A stretch of DNA of 64,000 nt, taken from positions 18,275-82,274 of the forward strand of contig CAVUHI010000001.1 in NCBI GenBank assembly GCA_963741295.1, read 5' to 3'. The DNA is from Candidatus Bathyarchaeota archaeon (GTDB taxonomy: Archaea; Thermoproteota; Bathyarchaeia; Bathyarchaeales; Bathycorpusculaceae). Positions 42,415 to 53,372 of the stretch are shown here, in pieces. The translations under genes and the position numbers were made by a program. The first letter of the stretch is position 1, and every line of letters begins with the position of its first letter. Below the pieces are notes generated by a model, which saw only the letters and a program-made list of their open reading frames with translations, was not told the DNA's origin and ran no database searches.

Positions 42415-43841
42415 GGTTTCTTATCTCCTGTGGCATGTTCAAGCGCTTTCATGAGCGCCTTGGCTTTGTGGTCAGTTTCAAACCATTCTTTCTCTGACAC
42501 TGAATCAGCGACAATGCCCGCACCCGCTTGAATGTAAGCTTGGTTATCTTCAGCGAATAGGGTGCGTATTGTTATGGCGAAATCTGCGTTGCCGTTGCAA
42601 CTGAAATACCCAACTGCACCAGCATAAGGTCCACGGCGAGACGGCTCAAGTTCCTCAATTATCTCCATGGCACGGACTTTAGGTGCGCCCGAAACAGTCC
42701 CTGCAGGAAACACTGCCTTTAATGCATCAAAACTCTCTAAGCCATCCTTCAAGTCGCCTATAACTTGAGAAACGATATGTTGCACGTGGCTGAACTGGTG
42801 GACCTGCATAAACTCGGGAACCGAGACACTTCCATACTTACTGATTCTGCCAATGTCATTTCTTGCTAAATCTACGAGCATTACGTGTTCGGCGCGTTCT
42901 TTTTGGTCTTTTAACAGTTCTTTACCAAGGCGCAAGTTTTCTTTTGGGTCTGCGGTAGCGGCTGTTGTCCCTGCAATCGGAAAAGTTATAACTTTTCGGT
43001 TGTCGATGCGAACGAGCATTTCGGGGCTGGCGCCGACAATTTGGCGTTTGTCAGATTTGTAGTAGAACATGTAGGGTGAGGGGTTGATTTGGCGTAGGCT
43101 TTTGTAGAAGGTTAGGAGGCTGCCGTTGTATTGGAATTGGAAGCGTTTGGAGAGGACAACTTGAAATATGTCTCCAGCGGTGACGTACTGTTTGGCTTTC
43201 TCGACTGCTTTCTCAAAATCCTCTTTTGTTGTGTTGACCGTTGGCTGAGTGTATGTGAATGGTACTTCTTCTGCTGCTGGCTCATCAAGCAATGCCTGGA
43301 TTTCTTTTAGTCGGTTTTCTCTTCTAAAGTAATAGTAAGCTTGATTGATGGTGTGGTCAAAAACGATGCCGTCCTCAAAAATGCCCATCTCCAAATCAGG
43401 AAACTCGATGTCATCGGGTTTTTGATTGGGCAGTTTCTCGATGTACCTTATGGCATCATAGGAAATGTACCCTAATGCGCCGCCGACAAAACGGAAATCC
43501 ACCATGTCGTTTGCGTAGGGTAGCAATTGCTCTTTTATGAGTTTGAAGGGATCGCTGGTTTGCTGGGTGGTGGTTTGGTTGGTTTTCTGGTTTGTTATCG
43601 TGACTGTGCCGTTTTTGGCTGATATGGTGATTTTTGGGTCAAACCCTAAGAAGGAGTATTGGGCGAGTTTTTGGGGGCCTTCGATTGATTCTAAAAGGTA
43701 GGCGGTTTTGTATTTTTGGTGGAGTTTTGAAAATATTTCTATGGGTTGGCTGGTGTAGTTGAATTTAACGTAATTTAGGGGGTTGACTGTGATTTGGGTT
43801 TGTGTTGATGCTTTGCCAAAGGCGATTCCCCATTTTGTCAT
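42411..43841 (-). CDS. trpE: anthranilate synthase component I
   Basis: LLES, NPSPY, AEHVMLVDLARND and GTVSGAPK. Confidence 0.96.
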   Translation of the reverse strand: MTKWGIAFGKASTQTQITVNPLNYVKFNYTSQPIEIFSKLHQKYKTAYLLESIEGPQKLAQYSFLGFDPKITISAKNGTVTITNQKTNQTTTQQTSDPFKLIKEQLLPYANDMVDFRFVGGALGYISYDAIRYIEKLPNQKPDDIEFPDLEMGIFEDGIVFDHTINQAYYYFRRENRLKEIQALLDEPAAEEVPFTYTQPTVNTTKEDFEKAVEKAKQYVTAGDIFQVVLSKRFQFQYNGSLLTFYKSLRQINPSPYMFYYKSDKRQIVGASPEMLVRIDNRKVITFPIAGTTAATADPKENLRLGKELLKDQKERAEHVMLVDLARNDIGRISKYGSVSVPEFMQVHQFSHVQHIVSQVIGDLKDGLESFDALKAVFPAGTVSGAPKVRAMEIIEELEPSRRGPYAGAVGYFSCNGNADFAITIRTLFAEDNQAYIQAGAGIVADSVSEKEWFETDHKAKALMKALEHATGDKKP

Positions 43842-43891
43842 GCTTCCTTGTGGTTCAGAAGTATACTGAAATGTTTTATTTAAGGCTTACC

Positions 43892-43907
43892 AGTACAAAA
43901 GTGTACT
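43892..43907. promoter_or_regulatory. putative TrpY TRP-box pair
   Basis: Perfect inverted repeat AGTACA-AAAG-TGTACT about 50 nt upstream of trpE. Confidence 0.6.
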
Positions 43908-44076
43908 CGGGATAATGGGTAATGAATATATGCTTTGCGAACCAACCAAAACGAAGAAGGTCTTAATCTTGGAATAGCAAAAGAAGGGAGAAGATCTAGA
44001 AACGGCTCTTATAATGTACAGTGATTTTTTCTTGCATCATTCAACGTTCCTCTTTTTTCCGTTAAATTCAGACGAG

Positions 44077-44514
44077 TTAGACTCTATTTTTTGAATTCCC
44101 TTTAAAAATCCACTGAACACCAAATTTATCAAAAAACTGTCCATATGTTCCGAATGGCATTTCATGCAAATCTTGAAACGATTCTTTTTTTGCTCCTACC
44201 GCAAGCTGGTCAAACACGTTTTTCAATTCCTCATATGCTTCTCCGATAACAAATATACTAAACATATTACCCAGAATCGGCTCAAGTGCTGGGGATGCCA
44301 TCCAATCTGAAGCAGAAATTTCGATAGCGCCACTAAACAAATGAGCATTGATTATTCTGCCATGCTTTTCTGGCGGAAACTGGTCCTTCATAGGAGTATC
44401 GCCAAGCTTAGTAAGAGTTAAGTCGCCTCCAAGAGACTTTTGATAAAAAGTCATTGCCTCAGCACAATTTCCATCAAATAAAAGAAACGGAATACAACGC
44501 AACATTATTTTCAC
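44077..44514 (-). CDS. VOC/PhnB family protein
   Basis: FDGNCAEAMTFY and FGTYGQFFDKFGVQW. Confidence 0.88.
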   Translation of the reverse strand: MKIMLRCIPFLLFDGNCAEAMTFYQKSLGGDLTLTKLGDTPMKDQFPPEKHGRIINAHLFSGAIEISASDWMASPALEPILGNMFSIFVIGEAYEELKNVFDQLAVGAKKESFQDLHEMPFGTYGQFFDKFGVQWIFKGNSKNRV

Positions 44515-44554
44515 TCATTTATTTATTAGATTAATTATTTTAAAAAGTTATGAC

Positions 44555-44938
44555 TTAGCTCACCGCTTTCTTCACGAGTGCGCCGATCTTTGCCTCTTCG
44601 GCGACAGTCAATTTCTTGAGCGCAAAAGCGACTGGCCACATGTTGCCTTCGTCAAGGTTCGCCTCGTGTTGGAAGCCGAACGTTGCGTACCTCGTTTTGA
44701 ATTTCTCCGCGCTTTGGAAGAAGCAAACGATTTTGCCGTCCTTGGCATACGCGGGCATCCCATACCAGGTTTTCGGCAAGAGACCTGGTGCCGTAGCTTT
44801 GATGATATCATGGAGTCGCTCGGCTATGGCTCTATCCTGCCCCGACATCGCGGCGATCGCCGTGAGCACTGCGCTTTCCCCGTCCGCCTCCTGCTTAGGG
44901 GTGTTTTTTTCTTCTTGGCTTTGTTGCTTTTTTTGCAT
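44555..44938 (-). CDS. DUF1801/YdhG-like protein
   Basis: [20 protein letters not shown]. Confidence 0.85.
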   Translation of the reverse strand: MQKKQQSQEEKNTPKQEADGESAVLTAIAAMSGQDRAIAERLHDIIKATAPGLLPKTWYGMPAYAKDGKIVCFFQSAEKFKTRYATFGFQHEANLDEGNMWPVAFALKKLTVAEEAKIGALVKKAVS

Positions 44939-45201
44939 AATAATTCCTTCTTTGAGGCTACCGTCATCTTAAATTAAAGAGTTTGTGATTGTGACTGAAC
45001 AATTACACGAGTATTGTTTTTCAATTTTTTTCTCGGAGTTGCTTATAAAATTCGCCTTTGCTATCCAGCTTATAATTATGTATTAGTGTTTCTAGCTTGC
45101 AAGAGACGCTTTTGTTATGGTTCTAGTACTGGCCGCAAAATCTATTGATTGTATGAGGGATGTTCTCAAATCAGATGTTTCAATATTCAAGGCTCCGAAC
45201 G

Positions 45202-45522
45202 TCATTTGAGCACTTCACCCATCCAATCCAAATAGACCTTTGAACCCTCAACAATCGGAATCGCCAAAACCTCAGGAACCTCATAACTATGCAACCCCTT
45301 CAAACGCTCCGCCAACTCCCCAAACAAATCCCGCCGAGACTTCATAACCACCAAACACTCCTCTGCCCGATCAATCTTACCTGACCAAAAAAAGAAAGAG
45401 GTAACTGGGTTAATGATATTGGCGCAGGCAATTAGTCGTTCATTTAGAAGTGCTTGGGAGATTTTTTCTGCTTCCGCCTTATTTGCGGTTGTAACAAAAA
45501 CCATGATGTATTCGGTATTCAT
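45202..45522 (-). CDS. cutA: divalent-cation tolerance protein CutA
   Basis: LIACANI and HSYEVPE. Confidence 0.93.
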   Translation of the reverse strand: MNTEYIMVFVTTANKAEAEKISQALLNERLIACANIINPVTSFFFWSGKIDRAEECLVVMKSRRDLFGELAERLKGLHSYEVPEVLAIPIVEGSKVYLDWMGEVLK

Positions 45523-45644
45523 GAAGTATCCCAGTTAACTTGTGGATTTTGAGAAATAAAAACTTGCCATTTAACAACAAAGCGCATTAACACATTTAAA
45601 TTTCCCAATTCCCTAGTATCAGCATAACAACGAGGCGAAGTTTC

Positions 45645-46143
45645 TTGAAGGAAGAACAAATCAGAATTCTAAAAACCATGAACGAAGCCACCAACCGCAT
45701 GGACATAACCATGTTTGCACAAGCCGTAAACCTAAACCCAAACCAAGCTATAGCAGGAGTGCAGGAGCTTGCCAAGGAAGGGTTTTTGCGCAAAGTAGGC
45801 GGCGGATTCGGTTTAACGGAAAAAGGCAAAAATGCGCATAAAAATATTTATGCAAGTTCCAGCGAGTCGGTTTTAACTTTTACGTTGATATTGGAAAGCC
45901 ACTGGGTTTTACAGCGTTGTCGATAGAGGAGTTTTACAGGTTCATCAAGCAGGTCACTACGGATTCGCTGGAATTTCATCTTTATCGAGGCGATTTTGAG
46001 AATTGGCTAAAAGAAGTTGTAAGGATGAGGAGTTGGCGAAGACTTTTGGAGCTTTAAAGACTGAGGAGTTGAAGGGCGAGGACCTCCGAAAAGCACTCCT
46101 AAAAGCCATGGATGCCAAATACGGCGTTGGAGAATTACTTTAG
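45645..46143 (+). CDS. wHTH + DUF5752-like protein, frameshifted
   Basis: wHTH N-terminus; downstream frame SLEFHLYRGDFENWL. Confidence 0.65.
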
Positions 46144-46605
46144 TTTTTGCGTTTTTCATGTTGAGTTTTTTCCACCAATCAGGAACTTTAGCGTTTTCTG
46201 CCATATCCCAGAAGTCATAAGTCTTAATGTCTAAAACTGGTGTCCCATCGTAAGCATCCAAACCTCTAACCGTTAAAACGTTGCCTTCAACTTTAACCAG
46301 TTCAACCAACGTTAACCCAATAGGATTTGGACGCAGCATAGTTCTGGCTACAAAAACACCCACTAAGGGCATATCATTCTGCCTCTTGGATGAACTTTCA
46401 AAGTTTTCTGTTGCTCATCCGTGACTTGGTTTAGATAGAACAGCACAAACAAATGTGAAAAGCCAGAGATGCCGCTTAAACCCTCAACCAAATCGTCACG
46501 AAGAACAATCTGTGACAATAACGCTTTATCTTTGACTTCTTCGCCTTTGGCAGTGGTTTTAACGTAACCTATGGGGTTTAGAACAATTTTTTCTTGAAAA
46601 GACAT
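46140..46605 (-). CDS. tsaA: tRNA m6t6A37 methyltransferase TrmO/TsaA-like, frameshift near 46372
   Basis: PIGYV, GVF..R...RPNPIGL and GLDAYDGTPVLDIK. Confidence 0.88.
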
Positions 46606-46841
46606 CGTTACTCCTCATTGTTTGAGTGAGCTGTGAAAATATTTAAAGCTTCGATAATTAGGACATTTTGCCTCTCTGATAAAGATACCCATCTAATAAT
46701 AGGTTTATCTGTGATTGTTGCAACCGCTGTTTCAAAATGCAGTTGCAGCAGCAGCAACAGCAGCAACTTCTCTATCAGGTTTGTCGTTTTAAGCATTGCA
46801 TTTCAGCAAGATATTATTCTCAGGTTAACCAAGTCTATATT

Positions 46842-47517
46842 ATGTTGCGTGTTGGTCATCGTGGCGCCAGAGCCTATGCACCCGAGAATACTTTGGCAAG
46901 TTTTAAGAAAGCCATAGAAATCGGCGTGGATGCAGTCGAGTTGGATGTTAGAAAAACCAAAGACAACCAACTTGTCGTGATTCATGATGCGGATGTTAAG
47001 CGGACAACTGACGGCGAAGGCTTAGTCAGCGAACTCACCCTTGCACAAATCAAGAGTTTTTCTGCTGAGGGCGGCGAGAAGATTCCGACTTTGGATGAAG
47101 CGCTGGATTTTTTGGACAAGAAAGTGAAAGTTTTAATTGAGTTAAAGGAAGCGGGCATTGAGGAACAAGTGCTTTCGATAGTTCATGCAAGGGAGCCTTG
47201 AGAAAAACGTTGTAATCACTTCTTTTCTTGAAGAAGCCCTAAAAAAAGTTAGAGAACTAAACAAAAGCGTTGAGACAGGTTTGATTTATGCAAAACACAG
47301 CAACCCAGTTAAAGCAGCTTTAGAACTCAAAGCAAACTACCTAATTGCGCTGTACAGATTTACCCATACAGCCACAGTCCAAAAAGCCCATGAAAACGGC
47401 TTAAAAATCATCGTTTGGACCATAAACACCCCAGAAGAAGCCCAAGAATACGCCAAAAAAGGCGTGGATGGCATAGCCAGCGACAAACCAGACATACTAA
47501 AAGGCATCAATACATAG
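46842..47517 (+). CDS. glycerophosphodiester phosphodiesterase, frameshift near 47190
   Basis: GHRGA..APENT, ELDV, IHD, IELK and VWTIN. Confidence 0.9.
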
Positions 47518-48435
47518 TTACCTGTGCTTTTAGAATCTGCTCTATCCGCTCTACATCCTCTTGGCTCTCATTGTTTAAAGGTGTCAACTGGATTTCATCA
47601 GCTGACTTAACTCCAAAACCCAGCTCCGCAGCCCTTTTCAGTTGATCTTGCTCAAAAACGTCAGCTTCGCCCACTTTTCCTTTTGCACCATACATTTTTA
47701 GAATCGCAACGCCAACGGCGTCAATGGCTACTCGGTCTTTGCTTGCAAGCAAAAGGTTTGGCTCAACTTCTTTGCCCTTTTCTGGACCGCCCGTAACGAA
47801 CGCTTTTATGCCATCCATCAAGACAAAGTCGAGATTGTAGTGGCTGTTTATTTCAGCAATCATCTGCCGCTGAAAAGGTGAACCATGCAGTTCCCACATG
47901 TAATCGTACATGCCGCCAGGAACTTTTTTGGCAACTAACCCCACAGAGTTTTTCAGGGACATAGTGAAGTGGCCGCCGAAACGGTGGGTTTTGAGGCAAC
48001 AGGTTTGCACGATTTTGTCGGCGTCATGGAAAACCTTTGCCATGTAGAAGCCATTTAGCCAGTGGGTTTTGTCGCGTTCAAATTTAATCCAGCCGTCTTT
48101 ACCGATGTCATCTAAAACAATTGCGTTAAAACCCAGTTTCCTCTGATAGTCCTAAGACGCCCATTTGCTCAAGCACCTGCTGGGTGTCGCCCATGCCGCT
48201 GCGTTCAGCCAACGTTATCCCGCCTGCACCAGCGCCTTTCAGGGTTTCCACTATGGCTCGCAGAGTGTCCAGATGGGTTGAAGCGGGAAACGGGTCAGCA
48301 CTGTTAAAATTAGCTTTAAGCGCCACTTGCTTCCCAGAATAATCAGTCTAAATCAAACTTTTTGAGAAGCGCAGGGACGCCTGTTGCGCGGTCAGTTGTT
48401 TTTAGAACAAAAACTTCACCCAAAGAATCAGCCAT
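47507..48435 (-). CDS. DUF362 family protein, frameshifted
   Basis: ALKANFNS, LKTH, SLKNSVG and DRVAIDAV in successive frames. Confidence 0.82.
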
Positions 48436-48551
48436 AAAACATCGCCACAAAAACTAAAGCGCTGCTTTTTATTTAGTCTTCACTGCATCAGGCTGCAACA
48501 ACAAAACCGCAAGCTCTATATTACTCAATGAAGCCCTTTTTCAAACCATGC

Positions 48552-48629
48552 GGGTCCGTAGCTCAGTCAGGCTAGAGCATCGGACTCTTAATCCGAGGGT
48601 CGCGGGTTCAATTCCCGTCGGACCCGCCA
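48552..48629 (+). tRNA. tRNA-Lys(CTT), intronless, CCA encoded
   Basis: Acceptor GGGTCCG/CGGACCC, anticodon arm TCGGA-CTCTTAA-TCCGA, T-arm GGTTCAATT. Confidence 0.97.
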
Positions 48630-48780
48630 TCTTCACCTTAGTAATTATTTGGGTATCTACTTCTGTTTTGGTTGTCATTTTTTGAGTTCCTCTAAAAGTT
48701 CTATATCTTCTTTGGATTGGTATGTGTATTTTAGCGTCTCGTTGTAACCTTGAGCTTGTATGATTTTCTTTTTGTTTTTA

Positions 48781-49159
48781 TCAAGTTTTTGTGTTAGCCA
48801 TTTTGTAACGATTTTGGTAATTCCATTTTGTTCTGGTTCTTATCTTCTTCTCCGACACAACCAAAACGTTTCCAAGAATCGCATCACCATAAGAAGACAC
48901 CACGAAAGAAACGATTCTAACTTTGTTCACGATGCTTTCATCTTTCAACCTCAAAAGAATATTTCCTGGAGGTTTGAAAAAGCCTCCTAGCCTTCCAAAA
49001 TCCTTATCGTTGGTAATAGTAACTCGATGCTCTTTGACTGCTAACCTCAGGATCTTCTCATCTTCAGCTCCTTTCATGCATTCGATGACCGAGACCGAGT
49101 CATATTTCAACTCTTTTAACTTCTGCGAAACCAAAATACCTGTACAATCGTGTACTAGA
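48781..49159 (-). CDS. DUF5615 PIN-like toxin (5' end frameshifted)
   Basis: AEDEKIL..A....RV.ITNDKDFG. Confidence 0.8.
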
Positions 49160-49178
49160 AAATTTCAAGTTACCTAAC

Positions 49179-49424
49179 TCAAGTAGCTGTGATCGGATAA
49201 GCTTCTTCTTCATCGGCAAGTTTGGCAGCGTAGAGTAAGACAGCGGAAATATCTTCTCTGCAAAGATGCGGATAGTCTTTTAGGATTTCCTCCAAGGACA
49301 ACCACTGAGCCATTAGCCTTAGGATTTGCTCAACAGTTACTCGCGTACCCTTCACAACTGGTTTGCCGCCCATAATTTTTGGGTTAACAGCAATCCGCTC
49401 CAGTGGGTCTTGGTTATTTTTCAT
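49179..49424 (-). CDS. DUF433 antitoxin
   Basis: PKIMGGKPVVKGTRVTVEQIL...YPHL. Confidence 0.92.
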   Translation of the reverse strand: MKNNQDPLERIAVNPKIMGGKPVVKGTRVTVEQILRLMAQWLSLEEILKDYPHLCREDISAVLLYAAKLADEEEAYPITAT

Positions 49425-49733
49425 TGAGGTACCTTCAAGTCAATTAATGGGGTTCCAATTAATAAAATATGACGATAACCCCGGGATCGTCAAAGAAGCA
49501 ACAAACGTAGTAGCAGCGCCCGCAACTGTGCCAGCCAAAACGATCAGGGCTTCCTTATTCTCAGATACCTCTATCTCATCAACCAAACAAATCACCTCCA
49601 AGAAGCATTAAACAGGAAAAATCGGATCGAAAACAAAATTCAAGAGTTTGCTAAAGAGCAGCAGCTCAGCGTGCCAATAAAAAAGAAGCAATCGATCAAT
49701 AACTGCTAAAAAAAGCAAAAATAGTGATATTAA

Positions 49734-50673
49734 CTATGAATATTTGCGTTTGTTTCTATAGATTCATAGACTTATGCCCAAGACACCGGCTGCCACTACC
49801 AATGCAATAACTAATGTCATCAGAAAAGGCTCTGACTGTGGTGGTTCGGGACCAGTATTAATGGTTGGATAAGGTGTTAGAGTGGGCATTCCTAGGATAC
49901 CAAAGTTAGGAATCTCAAAATCTGTTATCGGGTTGAGCAAGGGATGGTAGTCAACGCTTCGGTTAGTTACCCAAGATACCTAGTCCACATAAGGGGTATC
50001 CCAGATCCCAGAAGCATCCACTTCAGTGGCATTAGGGTAGGCAGATGTATAATTACTTCAATAGTTTCTATCCACAAAAGGTGCATCAGCTAAGTCAACA
50101 AGCGTTCCACTGTTGAAGAAGTTATTTTCCGTAATTACATCAAGCCCACCGTGGTTATAGTCAACGAAAACTCGAGCGTTAACGAAACTGTTATGTTTTA
50201 CTATGTTGCCTCCTCCACTACCGCCTAGAATATGTATACCGGCGCTCTCGAAGCGGTTCCCGATAAAGCTGTTGTTGTTTGAGGGAGTGTATATGCCTTC
50301 TAGGAAATTGTAAATTCTCAGATTCTTCACCACAACGTTGCCATAAGCATTGAAGGTTTGATCATGTCCCACCAGATTTATCGCTCTCACATTTACCGCC
50401 TGATTGCCTTCAAAAGTGTGCCCTGCTCCGTCAATTGTAATTCCTGCTCTTTGAACTGTTATGGTGCCAAAAATATCTACTACAAACGTGTAGATGGTCC
50501 CATTTCTTTAAGCCAAACAAAATCAGTGTCTGGTTCAATGCTTCCATCCGGCTTGATTGTTAGGTTGAGTGGTTCTTGCGCTTTAACTGGTAATGAGATG
50601 ATTGAAAGAGAAACTATGAGGCAGACTGTAACTAAAACAATGAAGGCTTGCATGGCTTATCAGAAACAGTCAT
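49734..50673 (-). pseudogene. NosD-like beta-helix surface protein, disrupted
   Basis: Signal peptide, IKPDGSIEP, NosD-type repeats, GIWDTPY/DYHPL and TM + YRNKRK tail, across frames with internal stops. Confidence 0.7.
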
Positions 50674-50696
50674 GAAGTTTTCGCCTTATAGGCATT

Positions 50697-50763
50697 TTCG
50701 TCAAGAATCCTTGACTAAGCACTACATGGAAACGAGCATTATTCGTCAAACTTCCTTGACTAA
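50697..50763. repeat. paired palindromic sites 1 and 2
   Basis: TTCGTCAA-GAATCC-TTGACTAA (50697-50718) and TTCGTCAA-ACTTCC-TTGACTAA (50742-50763). Confidence 0.85.
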
Positions 50764-51312
50764 CATTGTTGGCGCTTTTGAGCATTTTTTGTTTTGCTGT
50801 TAATTTTAGTGTTGCAATATACTAGGGAGACTATTTACAAGAAGATTGAGCGGTTAGGTTTAGAAGTAGTAGACGAAGAGGTGCACAACCTTTCGACTAC
50901 TACTTCTCTTGAGTTGCCCGAAGAGTTGTGAAGACACCTTTACTTTTACTGTACCCCTACTATTTGGTGAGGTCGTTTGCACATTCATTCTAAATGAGAC
51001 TTAACGGAATGTTTGATTCTGGGAACGTTACCCGTTCAAGGTTAAATGCCTTGCACAAGATCGAGCGAGCTCAAGCAGATTCAGACTTTGCTCTCCAAGT
51101 AGGCGTTAAGATTAAATTTTAATCTTTTTTTTTCTCTCTCTCTCTCTCTCTCTCAAACGCAAACGTAAATGACTACGAACTAACCTTCACACATACACAC
51201 GCTCCCGCCCACAGCTACATAATGTCAACCAGTCACACTGAAACTCTCTCTAACTGTCTGTTAATCTGTCAATCACTCTGTCAGTGACACAAAGAAATTA
51301 CTTAGCAGTTGT

Positions 51313-51935
51313 TCAATGTTTATGCTTCTTGAAGTAAACCAATGAAACAGAAGCAACAGCTAACAAAAATATCACACCTAAGAATGATAACTCTGGAACA
51401 GAAGGTGTTGGGGTTGAATTAGCAGATGAAGTGGGAGTTGGATTCATCTCGTATACAGATATAGGAAAACTTCTTCCTGTGTGACCATTGCCATCATTTA
51501 CATAAATTACTATATCAAAGCCAGCCTCACTCATACTTATAAACCATTCCAACCGCCTTCAGTAAATGCACCTGACATTGATGGGCTGATTGTACCTTTA
51601 CTTGCACTAAAGCTAACAGAACCTGTAAAATTTCTGTCCCAATAACCATTAGCATAAAGTGCAAACAGTCCTACTTCAAAGGTTCTCCCCAAAGTGACAT
51701 TGCATGGAACCAGAACACTAAAACCCCCAACTCCAGGGTCCTCTGAAACTGACAGTTCAGTTGTTTGAGGAAATGAAGGTGTAATGGTTACATTTGATGT
51801 AGATTGAATAGTGGTAACCGTAATAGCCATACTATGGTGGTGAAGGGAATTAGCATCTACTATCTCAACTGCTTGTATCCCAATCAATACTGAGACTGCA
51901 AACACTAAAGCACCGAGAGCATATTTTGCTTTCAT
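51313..51935 (-). CDS. cassette surface protein type B, frameshift near 51545
   Basis: MKAKYALGALVFAVS..VEIVDAN N-terminus; VPELS-TM-LVYFKKHKH C-terminus. Confidence 0.72.
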
Positions 51936-52572
51936 GGCTTATCCTTTCTTCTCTTAAAGTAAACCAACGAAACTATAGCAATAGCAACTATGAGGATTAT
52001 GGAGACTATTGCTATTTGGACTATTGTACTCAATATGCTGGCATTAGGTATAATTTGATTTGATGGAGTTGATGTAGGCATAGGGGTGCTTTGGGCTTTA
52101 ATGGTAAATGTCACTGAATTGGAAGAGTTCATGTGAAGTGTTCTAGAGCCTGAAGGTGAATCCCAATATGAGGCTTGTGCAAGAACAGTTATGTTGTGAA
52201 TACCTTCTCCCAACTGAGGTAAAGCAACTGACCCTTGTATTTGTGCAATGTATGGGTCCCATGAATCGTTGGCTGAAATTTGATATTCCAGTACGCTGCT
52301 ATTCTCTCCATCCAAACTGTAAGTAACAAAATAGTTAATATCAAAATTATACCAAGCTGTGAAATTTACGGCAATGCTAAGGTTGGTGCCTTTTTGGTAT
52401 TCTATGTTCTGAGGCTCTAATATGTTAATTTCAGAAGTAAATGGATAGCTGCTTTTGAACAGGGAAGAACTGCAAGACATAAGGTTGTCATAACAACCAA
52501 GGTAACAAATGCTATTCTTCTCTTTTCCACCAATTTGCTATTGGTTGTTGTTGCCAACAGTTTCTTTGGCAT
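51932..52572 (-). CDS. cassette surface protein type A, 5' part frameshifted/rearranged
   Basis: ATG CCA AAG AAA (MPKKLLATT) at 52572; Ig-like YSLDG/EGIHNITV; LVYFKRRKDKP. Confidence 0.7.
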
Positions 52573-52618
52573 TTGATGTTCCTGTTATATTATGTGAATA
52601 GGTTTGCTTAAGTGGTTT

Positions 52619-52664
52619 TTTGTCAAACTTCCTTGTCTGAGATTTGTCAAGGTTTATTGACTGA
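52619..52664. repeat. paired palindromic sites 3 and 4
   Basis: TTTGTCAA-ACTTCC-TTGTCTGA and TTTGTCAA-GGTTTA-TTGACTGA. Confidence 0.85.
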
Positions 52665-52714
52665 CGAGTGATAATAGAACACCCAACCGTGAGAAAAGGT
52701 TATTTATAAAATTT

Positions 52715-52993
52715 CTAAGAAGGGGTCTGTTTTGTTTCTTTACTCCTTAGAAGCATTATTACAAAAAGAGCATTAACTATTAAGGAAAACAAAAGAACAA
52801 AAAATGGGTCATTACGATAAGGCTCAGCTAATCCTCTCTGGGTAAGAAAAGAAACATAAAAGATGCCGACATTTACGATAGGTCGACCATCACTTGCAAG
52901 AAGTAATATTTGGCTGGACAAAAAGAAAAATACGCTCATTGCAACATTGAAGACAATAATTATTGCTGTAAAAACTTTTGTCAGAGCTGTCAC
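52715..52993 (-). CDS. small 2-TM membrane protein
   Basis: Two hydrophobic helices; ends RSKETKQTPS. Confidence 0.65.
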   Translation of the reverse strand: MTALTKVFTAIIIVFNVAMSVFFFLSSQILLLASDGRPIVNVGIFYVSFLTQRGLAEPYRNDPFFVLLFSLIVNALFVIMLLRSKETKQTPS

Positions 52994-53056
52994 TTCAAAT
53001 TCAAGTAATTTCGCTAAACGCTATTTGTTTTGACCTTGCTTAAAAAATTATGCAGA

Positions 53057-53353
53057 CTAAGAAGGGGTCTGTTTTGTTTCTTTACTTCTTTGAAGCACAA
53101 AGATGAAAAATATGTTAATCGCAAGAATGACGCAGAACAATACGAAAGGGACGTTCCAAAGTGGGGAAATTGCCATTTGAATTTGGGTAGTGCCAGGAAT
53201 TCGGTAGGGATAGATTAGAATTGGAGTCCAATTTGCTGCAATGTTCCATTTTGCCCACTTATCTACCTCAGCCCAAATCCAATAACTAGAAATAACATAA
53301 AGCAAACCCAACAAGACGTTAACCGATACCATTCTCACATGTTTTGGCTGCAA
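53057..53353 (-). CDS. small 2-TM membrane protein (paralogue of 52715..52993)
   Basis: Same architecture; identical last 30 nt. Confidence 0.65.
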   Translation of the reverse strand: MQPKHVRMVSVNVLLGLLYVISSYWIWAEVDKWAKWNIAANWTPILIYPYRIPGTTQIQMAISPLWNVPFVLFCVILAINIFFIFVLQRSKETKQTPS

Positions 53354-53372
53354 GGTGGGAATACCTATGCTT

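Noticed and set aside
46714..46800. CAG-rich tract giving poly-Q, poly-L or poly-C ORFs
   Set aside because: No convincing start or RBS in any frame, and the real GDPD start is 46842. It is a low-complexity intergenic tract, at most a GU-rich hairpin.
540..48435. Programmed frameshifting or mass pseudogenisation (pckG, cobD, btuC/F, tsaA, GDPD, DUF362 and others)
   Set aside because: Single indels in otherwise intact core genes, several near homopolymers, are most simply explained by sequencing or assembly error. Read data are needed.
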